Translations under genes and position numbers: made by a program
Part shown: positions 9,686 to 17,919 of the stretch, in pieces
Position numbering within the stretch: position 1 is the first letter of the stretch
Layout of the letters: each line of letters opens with the position of its first letter
The notes under the pieces: model-generated
Database searches by the model: none
Told to the model about the DNA's origin: nothing
Seen by the model: only the letters and a program-made list of their open reading frames with translations
NCBI GenBank assembly: GCA_048394785.1
Contig: DBFJGL010000056.1
Coordinates: forward strand, 1 to 61,740
Source: Christensenellales bacterium
GTDB taxonomy: Bacteria > Bacillota > Clostridia > Christensenellales > CAG-917
DNA: 61,740 nt
Reading direction: 5' to 3'

Positions 9686-9859
9686 GTCCGCAAATGTAGG
9701 TAAAATTTTGAATTAAACTAACATCGTTTTGCGGTAAGAGAGCGTTTATCCTGCGAATTTTCATAAAGTGCGCCCATTTTTTATATAAACGGCGCGAATA
9801 TGAAAAGTTTGTGTTATTATTATAAATAATACTATACGCCTCGGGCGCAAGGAGAACGT

Positions 9860-10126
9860 ATGAAAGCTATCGTTTCGGTAATCGGCAAGGACAGAACGGG
9901 TATTATCGCCAAGGTCGCCGGCGCACTCTATGAGATGAACGTCAACGTGGAGGATATTTCGCAGACCATTTTGCAGGACTGTTTCACTATGATTATGATG
10001 ATTAAGCTCCCCGAGGGCTGTACCGTGGACGCCGTGGACGGCGGTTTGCAGAAGGTCGCGGCGGAAATGGGCGTCGAAATTAACGTCAGACACGAAGATA
10101 TTTTCAATTCTATGCACAGAATTTGA
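9860..10126 (+). CDS. ACT domain protein, UPF0237 family
   Basis: 88 aa starting [36 protein letters not shown]. Paired with the UPF0210 gene immediately downstream, as is usual for this family. Confidence 0.85.
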   Translation: MKAIVSVIGKDRTGIIAKVAGALYEMNVNVEDISQTILQDCFTMIMMIKLPEGCTVDAVDGGLQKVAAEMGVEINVRHEDIFNSMHRI

Positions 10127-10133
10127 GGTAACC

Positions 10134-11483
10134 ATGCTTAATAATTACGAGATTCTCGAAACAATCAGGATGATTAAGGAGCAAAACCTCGACATCCGTA
10201 CCATAACGATGCACCTCAGTCTGTTCGACTGCATTTCCGACGATGCGGACGTCACCGCCGAGAAGGTGTATAAAAAGCTTATCGACCGCGCAGGACGCAT
10301 AAAAGAGGTTGCGGACGGTATTCAGAGCAAATACGGCATTCCCATCGTAAACAAACGCCTGAGCGTAAGTCCCGTAAGTCTTATCGGCGCGGCAAGCGGC
10401 GGCTACGTCAAAATAGCAAAGATGATGGATAAGGCGGCGCACGAGGTCGGGGTCGATTTCATAGGCGGTTATACCGCGCTTGTGCAGAAGGCGATGACCA
10501 AAGAGGAAAGGGATTTTATCGATACCATTCCCGAGGTGCTTGCCTCTACCGAGCGCGTTTGCGCGTCCGTAAACGTGGGTTCCACTCGCGCGGGCATAAA
10601 TATGGACGCGGTCGGCGTTATGGGCGAGATTATCAAGCGTACCGCAAAACTCACTGCGTCGAGCGGCAGTATAGGCTGTGCCAAGCTGGTGGTTTTTGCG
10701 AATGCTGTGGAAGACAATCCGTTTATGGCAGGTTCGTTCAACGGAGTGAGCGAGGGCGACGCGATTATAAACGTAGGAATTTCGGGACCGGGAACGGTAA
10801 AAGCCGCGCTTGAAAATCACCGAGACGCGGACTGCGGAAAAATGTCCGAAGTCATCAAAAACACCGCTTTCAAAATTACGCGTATCGGCGAGTTGGTCGG
10901 ACGCGAGGCGGCGGCTATGCTCGGTTGCGAGTTCGGAATAGTGGACCTTTCGCTTGCGCCCACTCCGAAGCGCGGCGACAGCGTTGCGGAAGTTTTGGAG
11001 GAGATGGGTTTGAGCGTTGTGGGCACTCACGGCACGACAGCCTGTCTTGCTATGCTCAACGACGCGGTCAAAAAGGGCGGCACGATGGCAAGCAGTCATA
11101 TAGGCGGACTGTCGGGCGCGTTTATCCCCGTCAGCGAGGATATAGGTATGATCGAGGCGGTAAAGAGCGGCGCGCTGTCGCTGGATAAACTCGAAGCTAT
11201 GACGTCCGTTTGCAGCGTGGGACTCGATATGATTGCCGTGTCTGGCGATACGTCCGCCGCAACGATTTCCGCTATGATTGCGGACGAGGCGGCAATCGGT
11301 ATGATAAACGGCAAAACAACAGCCGTCAGAGTTATACCCGTTTACGGCAAGACGGAAGGGTTTGTGGACTTCGGCGGTTTGCTCGGGTTTGCGCCCATAA
11401 TGCAGACGGGTGAGGGCAATGCCGAAATATTTATCGGACGCGGAGGCAGAATACCCGCTCCCATTCACAGCTATAAGAACTGA
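10134..11483 (+). CDS. PFL-like UPF0210 (DUF711) family protein
   Basis: 449 aa. The N-terminus [24 protein letters not shown] is characteristic of UPF0210. It shows the conserved pairing with the ACT gene. Confidence 0.85.
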   Translation: MLNNYEILETIRMIKEQNLDIRTITMHLSLFDCISDDADVTAEKVYKKLIDRAGRIKEVADGIQSKYGIPIVNKRLSVSPVSLIGAASGGYVKIAKMMDKAAHEVGVDFIGGYTALVQKAMTKEERDFIDTIPEVLASTERVCASVNVGSTRAGINMDAVGVMGEIIKRTAKLTASSGSIGCAKLVVFANAVEDNPFMAGSFNGVSEGDAIINVGISGPGTVKAALENHRDADCGKMSEVIKNTAFKITRIGELVGREAAAMLGCEFGIVDLSLAPTPKRGDSVAEVLEEMGLSVVGTHGTTACLAMLNDAVKKGGTMASSHIGGLSGAFIPVSEDIGMIEAVKSGALSLDKLEAMTSVCSVGLDMIAVSGDTSAATISAMIADEAAIGMINGKTTAVRVIPVYGKTEGFVDFGGLLGFAPIMQTGEGNAEIFIGRGGRIPAPIHSYKN

Positions 11484-11703
11484 GCGGAAAGCTTTTTATA
11501 AAATAAGCGGAGCAGAATTATTACCGATTATCCGTTTCGGTATAAAGCGTTTTATAGGCGACGTATAAGCGCGCCGCGTGCCGAGCGAACACTGAATACC
11601 GTGTGCCGTGAAGCCTTGAACGGTGCGCGCGGATAAAATGCATAAGTTGCTTAAATAGGCGGTTCAGTTTATAAAAATGACGTTTAATCGCCTCTTTCGG
11701 TTG

Positions 11704-12894
11704 TCAGATCGACTCGGGAGAGGCTTTTTTGTTTTGCGGATTAGGCGTAATCGCGTCGAGAGTAAATACTATTATTATTAAAAGTCCTATCATTGCCGCG
11801 ACCGCTGCGGGCAGGGCTTCGAGCGAAGTGTTGTCCATTATTACGCCGGTCAGAGGGGAGAGAGAAAGCATACCTATGCACGCCGACGATACCTGATAGC
11901 CTACTACCTTTTTGGACGTTTCGATGTCAAAACGAGATTTTGTTTCGTGCATAAGGCAGGGATATACGGGAGCAAAACCTAAACCTATCATAGTTACCGC
12001 TACGTATGTCGCGGCTACGTTTTTGATAAACAGCAGTCCGCAACCCGTCATTGCCGCAATAAGTCCGATGGCGACGCAGCGGCGGTTGCCGAGTTTGTTG
12101 GAGAACAGTCCCGTTATTATTCGGCCTGCCATAATCGCGCCGAAGTATACGGATACGCACGTGCCGCCCGTCGACGTGTCGTAACCTCTGCCGTCTATGA
12201 GCATACTGTTAAGCCAATTTCCTATGGATACTTCCGCGCCGCAGTACACGAAAAACGAGAGAATGCAAAGCGTTATCGCGGCATATTTGCGTTTTGCCGC
12301 GCCGCCGCCGTCTTCCGCTACGGGCGGGGGGAGTTTTTTCGGGGCGTAAGGCTTGTTCCATATCGTGCAGGTTATAAGCAAAATCGCGGCGAATACGAGC
12401 TGTATGCCCGCAAGTATACGAAATCCCGTGCGCCAGGAGCCGTCCAGGTTCAGGGCGAGCGTTACGAGCAGAGGTCCCGCCATTGCGCCGAGCCCCCAGG
12501 CGGCGTGCACCCAATTCATAACCGACGAGCGATAGTGCTCCGAAACGTAATTGTTTATGGATACGTCCACGCCGCCGCCGGATATGCCGAGGGGAATTGC
12601 GAGGGCGCATATCAGATAATAATTGTCGGAAAAGGATACGGCGAGTATGCTTCCTCCCGTAAGAAATGAGCACGCGGCGAGGAGTACGCCGACGTTCGCC
12701 CGCTTCGATATTCTCGGCATTATCGCGGCGGACAGCGCGGAGAATACCGTCAGGATTATCGTAAAAATTCCCGCGACGGATAACGATATGCCGAGTTCCG
12801 CGCGAATAAACGGCAACGCCGTACCGTATGCGCTGTCGGGCAGTCCGAGGGTGATGTAAGACATAAAAATCAATATTATGAATACTGCCGCCAT
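11704..12894 (-). CDS. MFS transporter
   Basis: 396 aa with about 12 predicted hydrophobic helices and a central cytoplasmic loop. Substrate cannot be told from the sequence. Confidence 0.8.
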   Translation of the reverse strand: MAAVFIILIFMSYITLGLPDSAYGTALPFIRAELGISLSVAGIFTIILTVFSALSAAIMPRISKRANVGVLLAACSFLTGGSILAVSFSDNYYLICALAIPLGISGGGVDVSINNYVSEHYRSSVMNWVHAAWGLGAMAGPLLVTLALNLDGSWRTGFRILAGIQLVFAAILLITCTIWNKPYAPKKLPPPVAEDGGGAAKRKYAAITLCILSFFVYCGAEVSIGNWLNSMLIDGRGYDTSTGGTCVSVYFGAIMAGRIITGLFSNKLGNRRCVAIGLIAAMTGCGLLFIKNVAATYVAVTMIGLGFAPVYPCLMHETKSRFDIETSKKVVGYQVSSACIGMLSLSPLTGVIMDNTSLEALPAAVAAMIGLLIIIVFTLDAITPNPQNKKASPESI

Positions 12895-13108
12895 ATCGTA
12901 ATCCGTAAAGTTAAACCGCCTTGGGGCGGTTTTTAAGATATATTCTTTGTTCTATCCGACGTCAAAATATCAAGGAACGGCGGATAAGACGTTTTGTGAG
13001 CGCAAGCGCAATTTCAACCGCGCGAGCATATCGCTCGGCGTGACATTAGGCGCGATAAATTGAATTCTGCCGTGCAGATATAACCCGCACGTACGTTACG
13101 CTTAAAAT

Positions 13109-13609
13109 TCAGTTATCGCCGCCGACGGTGTTTGCGCCGCCGCAGTACGGGCATATCGCAACGTCGCCTTTATAGGTAAAGCTCGCTCCGCAATATTTGC
13201 AGTTTGCCGCGTTTTCTCTGTCGGCATATGCGACTTTTTTGTTCAGCTCCACGCCGTTTTCCGTGCGGATATAACCCACGAGATAGCATTTATCGAAACA
13301 GACGTCAAGTTGTCTTTTTATGTTTTTTTCCGATTTGGACAGCTGTTTTGACAACTCGGCTATGCTGTAACAATGCTCGTTTTCAATGGCGAACACTATG
13401 CGGCGCAGAGTGTTGATTTCCGAAAATCTCGTCCAGGCAATGGGTGCGCCGTAAAATCCTGCGACTATGCACGCGATGCCTATGCCGAGCAACGCCCAGA
13501 TTTGTTTTACGCCGCCGACTGCCGTAAGCGGAATGCCCAATATCAGCAACACGGAGAGCACAACAGCCGTTATGCGCGCTTTTTTAACTGCTTTCATTAA
13601 ATTTTCCAT
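13109..13609 (-). CDS. membrane protein with C-terminal zinc ribbon
   Basis: 166 aa with two N-terminal TM helices and a C-terminal CKYCG...CPYCGG motif. No family recognised. Confidence 0.55.
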   Translation of the reverse strand: MENLMKAVKKARITAVVLSVLLILGIPLTAVGGVKQIWALLGIGIACIVAGFYGAPIAWTRFSEINTLRRIVFAIENEHCYSIAELSKQLSKSEKNIKRQLDVCFDKCYLVGYIRTENGVELNKKVAYADRENAANCKYCGASFTYKGDVAICPYCGGANTVGGDN

Positions 13610-13856
13610 ACTTATATTGTATTTTCAAAGCGCACTTTTGTAAAGGCATTTAATAAAGATTATTCAAAGCTTAGCATATGTACGCATACGCGCGCGAAAA
13701 TGCGCGAAAAATGCCCGTCTGCGGTGCGTCGATAGGGGAAGCGGTTTAGAATAACGTTGCAGACAACTGCGATAAGTGGTAATATTAAGATATTCGATTG
13801 TGGAAATGTCCGGTATAAAATGCCGTGAGCGCGAATGAGTACATAATGAGGCGAGT

Positions 13857-14237
13857 ATGAAAAGCAGAAACGATATTATCGAATACGTGAGAAAACATTA
13901 CGGCGTCGACGCCGAATATTTGTTTGCGAAAAACCCCGATACCGCGGTGTTTCGGCACGTCGGAAGCAAAAAGTGGTTCGGTGTGCTGCTGCCTGTCGGC
14001 GCGGATAAGCTCGGTATAGGTTCGGCAGACGCAGTATATGATTTGCTGTTGCTTAAAAGCGAGCCTGCGCTCATATCCATTTTACTTTCGCAAGACGGAG
14101 TTTTGCCTGCGTACCATATGAATAAGACGCATTGGGTTTCCGTAATTATCGGCGGAGCATTTCCCGACGACGAAACTTATAAGCTGCTTGATCTGAGTTA
14201 TGAACTGACAATACAAAAACCGAAAAAGAAAAAGTAA
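13857..14237 (+). CDS. MmcQ/YjbR family DNA-binding protein
   Basis: 126 aa. PDTAVFRH..KKWFGVLL and YHMNKTHWVSV are typical of the YjbR/MmcQ fold family. Confidence 0.75.
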   Translation: MKSRNDIIEYVRKHYGVDAEYLFAKNPDTAVFRHVGSKKWFGVLLPVGADKLGIGSADAVYDLLLLKSEPALISILLSQDGVLPAYHMNKTHWVSVIIGGAFPDDETYKLLDLSYELTIQKPKKKK

Positions 14238-14543
14238 AACGCGTTTCGTGTCCAAAAACCAATAAATTATTGCAAATTACAGGGTTTTAGGTGCAGGTAT
14301 GACTGAATTGATTGAGTATAAAACACGAATTGAATACTAAAATTAGGTATGCGTTTCGTGCATATCGCCTTTTAGACTGCTTTTGCGTCTTATAAAAGCA
14401 ATATTGTGTTCCGAGACAATGTGACGGGAAGATGCTGACAACCGATACGGATAATAAGACGGTAGTCTATAAACTTCATAGACTTTCATTTATGGCTTCG
14501 GAGATAAAAGAAGAAACTCCCAACATTTCGGGAGTTTCGGTTA

Positions 14544-14588
14544 TGGAGCTGATAACCGGACTTGAACCGGTGACCTCTTCCTTACCAA
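14544..14588 (-). pseudogene. orphan 3' half of a disrupted host tRNA-Thr(GGU): anticodon loop through CCA
   Basis: Minus strand reads TTGGTAA-GGAAG-AGGTC-ACCGG-TTCAAGT-CCGGT-TATCAGC-T-CCA. The 3' acceptor and anticodon-stem strands pair perfectly with the 5' half at 57382-57419. Confidence 0.85.
14580..14588. repeat. attL core (CCTTACCAA), direct repeat of 57380-57388
   Basis: This 9-bp string is the only sequence shared by the two junctions. It corresponds to the anticodon loop plus 2 nt of the severed tRNA. Confidence 0.7.
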
Positions 14589-14700
14589 TCTCGAACCCTA
14601 CTTTTTTCCTAAGATGTGCCCTATACGATTACAGACTGTCAAAACCACAATATATTGTGCTTTTGACGGTCTTTTTTGCTTATCAGACACAATGGAAAAA

Positions 14701-14748
14701 TATTTGCAGACTTTTTGGAAAGTCAATCGTCTGCAATTGTCTGCAATT
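14701..14748. repeat. candidate arm-type integrase/Xis binding sites at the left element end
   Basis: Tandem GTCTGCAATT-GTCTGCAATT at 14729-14748 is identical to 57020-57039. An inverted copy TATTTGCAGAC lies at 14701-14711. Confidence 0.55.
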
Positions 14749-15018
14749 ATAGCGATTTAGGCAGAAATAGAGCGTATTAGAGCGTTAAAATTCTGCGTTT
14801 CTTTCGTAATGTATAATTATTCATTTCTGTCACGTTGCCTACCCAAGGACAAATGCACGAATTTCTGCACGTTTATTAGAATATCGGTTAGAACAAGAGA
14901 GGTTAGAATGATTGATAACGATTTTTGATTATTCTGTCTTTAAGATTTCGGATACGTATTTCTTTGTTGCGGCGAGACAGTGATAAACCGTTAAAAGTTG
15001 ATTTTAAGAGTCGCAGTC

Positions 15019-15048
15019 TTGACATTTTCTGCTTTTTTATGCTATAAT
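15019..15048 (+). promoter_or_regulatory. near-consensus sigma-A promoter for the cargo operon
   Basis: TTGACA (15019-15024), an 18-nt spacer ending in TGC (extended -10), then TATAAT (15043-15048). It lies 36 nt upstream of the XRE gene. Confidence 0.65.
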
Positions 15049-15083
15049 ATGCTTGAAAATGAAATGAACACAGCGAGGACTTT

Positions 15084-15332
15084 ATGATGACATTTGCGCA
15101 AAAGGTTAAATTCGTAAGAGCAAAAAAACAATTAAGTCAGGACGAGTTGGCTTCGGCAATCGGAGTATCCTACTCCACCGTCAGCCGCTGGGAGCGAGAA
15201 GACAGAACGCCGCAAATGAAGTCAATCGGTAAATTGATTGCTTATTGCGAAAAAAACGGGATTGACATTATCGGCGATGAATCGGGTGCTTTTGCAAGCA
15301 GCGAAAAATACGGAAACGGCTTGGGAGATTAA
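15084..15332 (+). CDS. XRE-family helix-turn-helix transcriptional regulator
   Basis: 82 aa. LSQDELASAIGVSYSTVSRWERED is a classic Cro/C1-type HTH. Confidence 0.85.
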   Translation: MMTFAQKVKFVRAKKQLSQDELASAIGVSYSTVSRWEREDRTPQMKSIGKLIAYCEKNGIDIIGDESGAFASSEKYGNGLGD

Positions 15333-15335
15333 ACT

Positions 15336-17702
15336 ATGCGAAAATTACGTTTCTATGCAATCTTGTGCATTGCCGCGGCGATGTTTTTTGCAACGGCGTT
15401 CATTCCCGTCAATCAGAGTTTCGCCGCCGAGGCAACTCAACCGAGTATCGTAACGACATCGGAAGGACTGTCTCTGGCGTTGTCGAAAGCCAAATCAGGC
15501 GAAACAATCTACGTCGGGGATATCGACTTTGAAGTCAAAGGAACCAACACCAATCCCATCGAGCGCAAAACGGTGATCACGGGCGTGAGAATCGTAAATG
15601 GCAAGTCGGACGGAACGAAAGCTGTATTTACGGGCGGCAGTTTTAATCTGATCGGCGACAACCGTTCGGGCATTACCACGGAGTTCGTTTTTGAGGGAAT
15701 CCGTTTTGACGGCGGCATTGATACGTCGGTTCTTACCCATTCCGACTGGGAACTTCCGACAAACAGTCAAGGCGAAACTCTTTTGGATCAGCCGTCGAAA
15801 GCGCAATACGCAATACGCATGGAAAGAAACGTCAAGGCGACTTTCCGAAACTGTGATTTTGAAAATTATATGTTTAATGCGGGCGGAGCAATCCGTGCCG
15901 ATTATTCCGACGGCTCCAACAGTCTGGAACTAAACCTATACGACTGCAATTTTGCAAAAAACGCGGCCTTTACCTGCGGCGGTGCTGTCGCCCTTTGGGG
16001 TGCCTACGGCACGGGCAACAACGTTTCCTTTCTTGCCGACGGCTGTCGGTTTGAGGGTAACTTTTGCGGTGGTGCTACTAAAATAACGGAAGACGGCGCT
16101 TCGAATTATATCCAAACGTCCTATGGCGGGGCGATATACTCCAAACACGTATCCGTTGAACTGCGCAATACCGTTTTAATCGGCAACACGGCCAATCACG
16201 AATATGCGAACGCGCCTGCCCTGTCGGGCAACTACGGCAAAACCGACGTAAGTTCGGGCGGCGGCATATACTGTTACTTTGCGCCGCTGACGATGAAAAA
16301 CTGCGTTGTGACGGAAAATAAGGCGTCTACCGGCGGCGGCATAAAGCTCAAACTGTCCTCGGCGGTTATCGACGGTTGCGTCGTTGCGAACAATCGCGCA
16401 CAAACTTTGGCGGAAAAGCCGAATTCCAAAAACGGTCTTAGCAGCGCTATGGGATTGGGCGGAGGAATTTATATCAATTACGACAACAGCGTGTATGCTA
16501 TAAAACTTATGAATACCAGCATATACGGCAATTATGCGCAGAACGCTTTGGGCGCAATAGGCGTACCTACTAACCCGAAAGAAAGGCTCGATTTGCGCTT
16601 CTTGTTTTGCACAGTGGAAAACAACACTTGCGAAACGGCACGGGAGGAGTATGAACACACCGATAATAACAACTGGTTATGGTACTGTCAGCCCGGTGAC
16701 TTCTGGGAACTTGACTGTGTAAAAAAGGTGGGTTGTGCGATTGCCGATGCGGAATACCCGAGGGAGCCGGTCGTACAAACTCCGTCCGAAGACAACGGTT
16801 ACAACAGCTTTTACGTTGCCGCCGTTTTTGATTCGACGGAGCCTAAGCACCTGTCTCCTACCGATTTTTCCGTGCCGACGGAATACGTGTCTACCGTTTG
16901 CGGCGGCGAATTTTCCCGTATCGAGGGTGCGTTTTACGTCGGCGACAATTACCGCGAATCCTTGCCTGTCGAACTGGACGGGAACGGAGTTGCCGTTGAA
17001 TACGACTTGACTTACGGCACAGCCGAATTGCCTGTTCCCGTGCGCAACGGATATATTTTCGAAGGCTGGGTAACGGAAAAGGGAGAAACCGTCGATCCCG
17101 ACCAAACGCTTTTTGCCTACGGCGAAACCCTTACGTTGTACGCAAAATGGACGGCGAGGCAGTTTCCCGTTCTCTTTATCGTGGGCGGAGCTGAGGAAAC
17201 GCGCACGCAAACCTACGACACGGCGTGGAATGTGCCGGATGCGCAAAAGAACGGTTACAAATTTTTAGGCTGGTACAATGCGGAAAGCGGCGGCGAGAAA
17301 GTCGATACGGCGTCCGCGTTTGCCTATGACGAAACGCTGACGCTTTACGCGCGATTCGAGAAGAAATCTCCGTTACTCGCGGTTGTGCTGTCGGTGAGCG
17401 GCGCGATAATCTTGATAGCAGGTAGCACTGTTGCCGTTGCATTGATTATGCGTCGCAAAAAAGCGGCGGTCGCAGCAGGAGTAACGCAAGCGCCTGCACC
17501 ACCTGACAAACCGACGCCGGATACAAGCGCGCTGTCCCCCAGAGAGCGGGAAGTATTGGATTTGCTGCTGTCCGGCAAGCGTCGGAGCGAGATAAGCGAA
17601 ATCCTCTATGTGGGAGAGGAAACGGTAAAATCCCACATTAAAAATATTTACGCGAAACTGGAAGTAAAAAGTATTCACGAGCTTTTTTCAAAGTTTAATT
17701 AA
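15336..17702 (+). CDS. single-pass membrane protein: signal peptide, extracellular PMP-like beta-helix, two Listeria-Bacteroides repeats, TM helix, cytoplasmic LuxR/GerE HTH
   Basis: - Signal peptide ends ...NQSFAAEA.
- Repeated GGAI/GGGIY motifs indicate a beta-helix.
- GYIFEGW...LTLYAKW and GYKFLGW...LTLYARF are Flg_new-type repeats.
- TM helix LLAVVLSVSGAIILIAGSTVAVALIM is followed by RRKK.
- C-terminus LSPREREVLDLLLSGKRRSEISEILYVGEETVKSHIKNIYAKLEV is a LuxR-type HTH. Confidence 0.8.
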   Translation: MRKLRFYAILCIAAAMFFATAFIPVNQSFAAEATQPSIVTTSEGLSLALSKAKSGETIYVGDIDFEVKGTNTNPIERKTVITGVRIVNGKSDGTKAVFTGGSFNLIGDNRSGITTEFVFEGIRFDGGIDTSVLTHSDWELPTNSQGETLLDQPSKAQYAIRMERNVKATFRNCDFENYMFNAGGAIRADYSDGSNSLELNLYDCNFAKNAAFTCGGAVALWGAYGTGNNVSFLADGCRFEGNFCGGATKITEDGASNYIQTSYGGAIYSKHVSVELRNTVLIGNTANHEYANAPALSGNYGKTDVSSGGGIYCYFAPLTMKNCVVTENKASTGGGIKLKLSSAVIDGCVVANNRAQTLAEKPNSKNGLSSAMGLGGGIYINYDNSVYAIKLMNTSIYGNYAQNALGAIGVPTNPKERLDLRFLFCTVENNTCETAREEYEHTDNNNWLWYCQPGDFWELDCVKKVGCAIADAEYPREPVVQTPSEDNGYNSFYVAAVFDSTEPKHLSPTDFSVPTEYVSTVCGGEFSRIEGAFYVGDNYRESLPVELDGNGVAVEYDLTYGTAELPVPVRNGYIFEGWVTEKGETVDPDQTLFAYGETLTLYAKWTARQFPVLFIVGGAEETRTQTYDTAWNVPDAQKNGYKFLGWYNAESGGEKVDTASAFAYDETLTLYARFEKKSPLLAVVLSVSGAIILIAGSTVAVALIMRRKKAAVAAGVTQAPAPPDKPTPDTSALSPREREVLDLLLSGKRRSEISEILYVGEETVKSHIKNIYAKLEVKSIHELFSKFN

Positions 17703-17728
17703 ACGATTTTCTTACATACAACAGTCTC

Positions 17729-17756
17729 AGCCCGACCGGCACGGTCGGGCTTTTAT
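17729..17756 (+). terminator. rho-independent terminator
   Basis: Stem AGCCCGACC (17729-17737) / GGTCGGGCT (17743-17751), followed by TTTT. Confidence 0.7.
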
Positions 17757-17919
17757 TATGCCTTGCGCCTAAAATAAAGATGTCTTGTTCAAAATCCCCC
17801 GAAATATCCCCCTGATGGGGGATGTACAAAAGCAAACCGTACCATTAAAATATAAATAACAAATGCAAGTATTCAGTCCAAAGTACAGTTGCAAAATAGA
17901 AACCAACCGGAGGTAAAAA

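Noticed and set aside
14432-14752. 106-aa ORF spanning the left junction
   Set aside because: It reads through the tRNA 3' half, the att core and the GTCTGCAAT repeats, which produces the peptide ...SIVCNCLQL. It has no RBS and is an artefact of the junction sequence.
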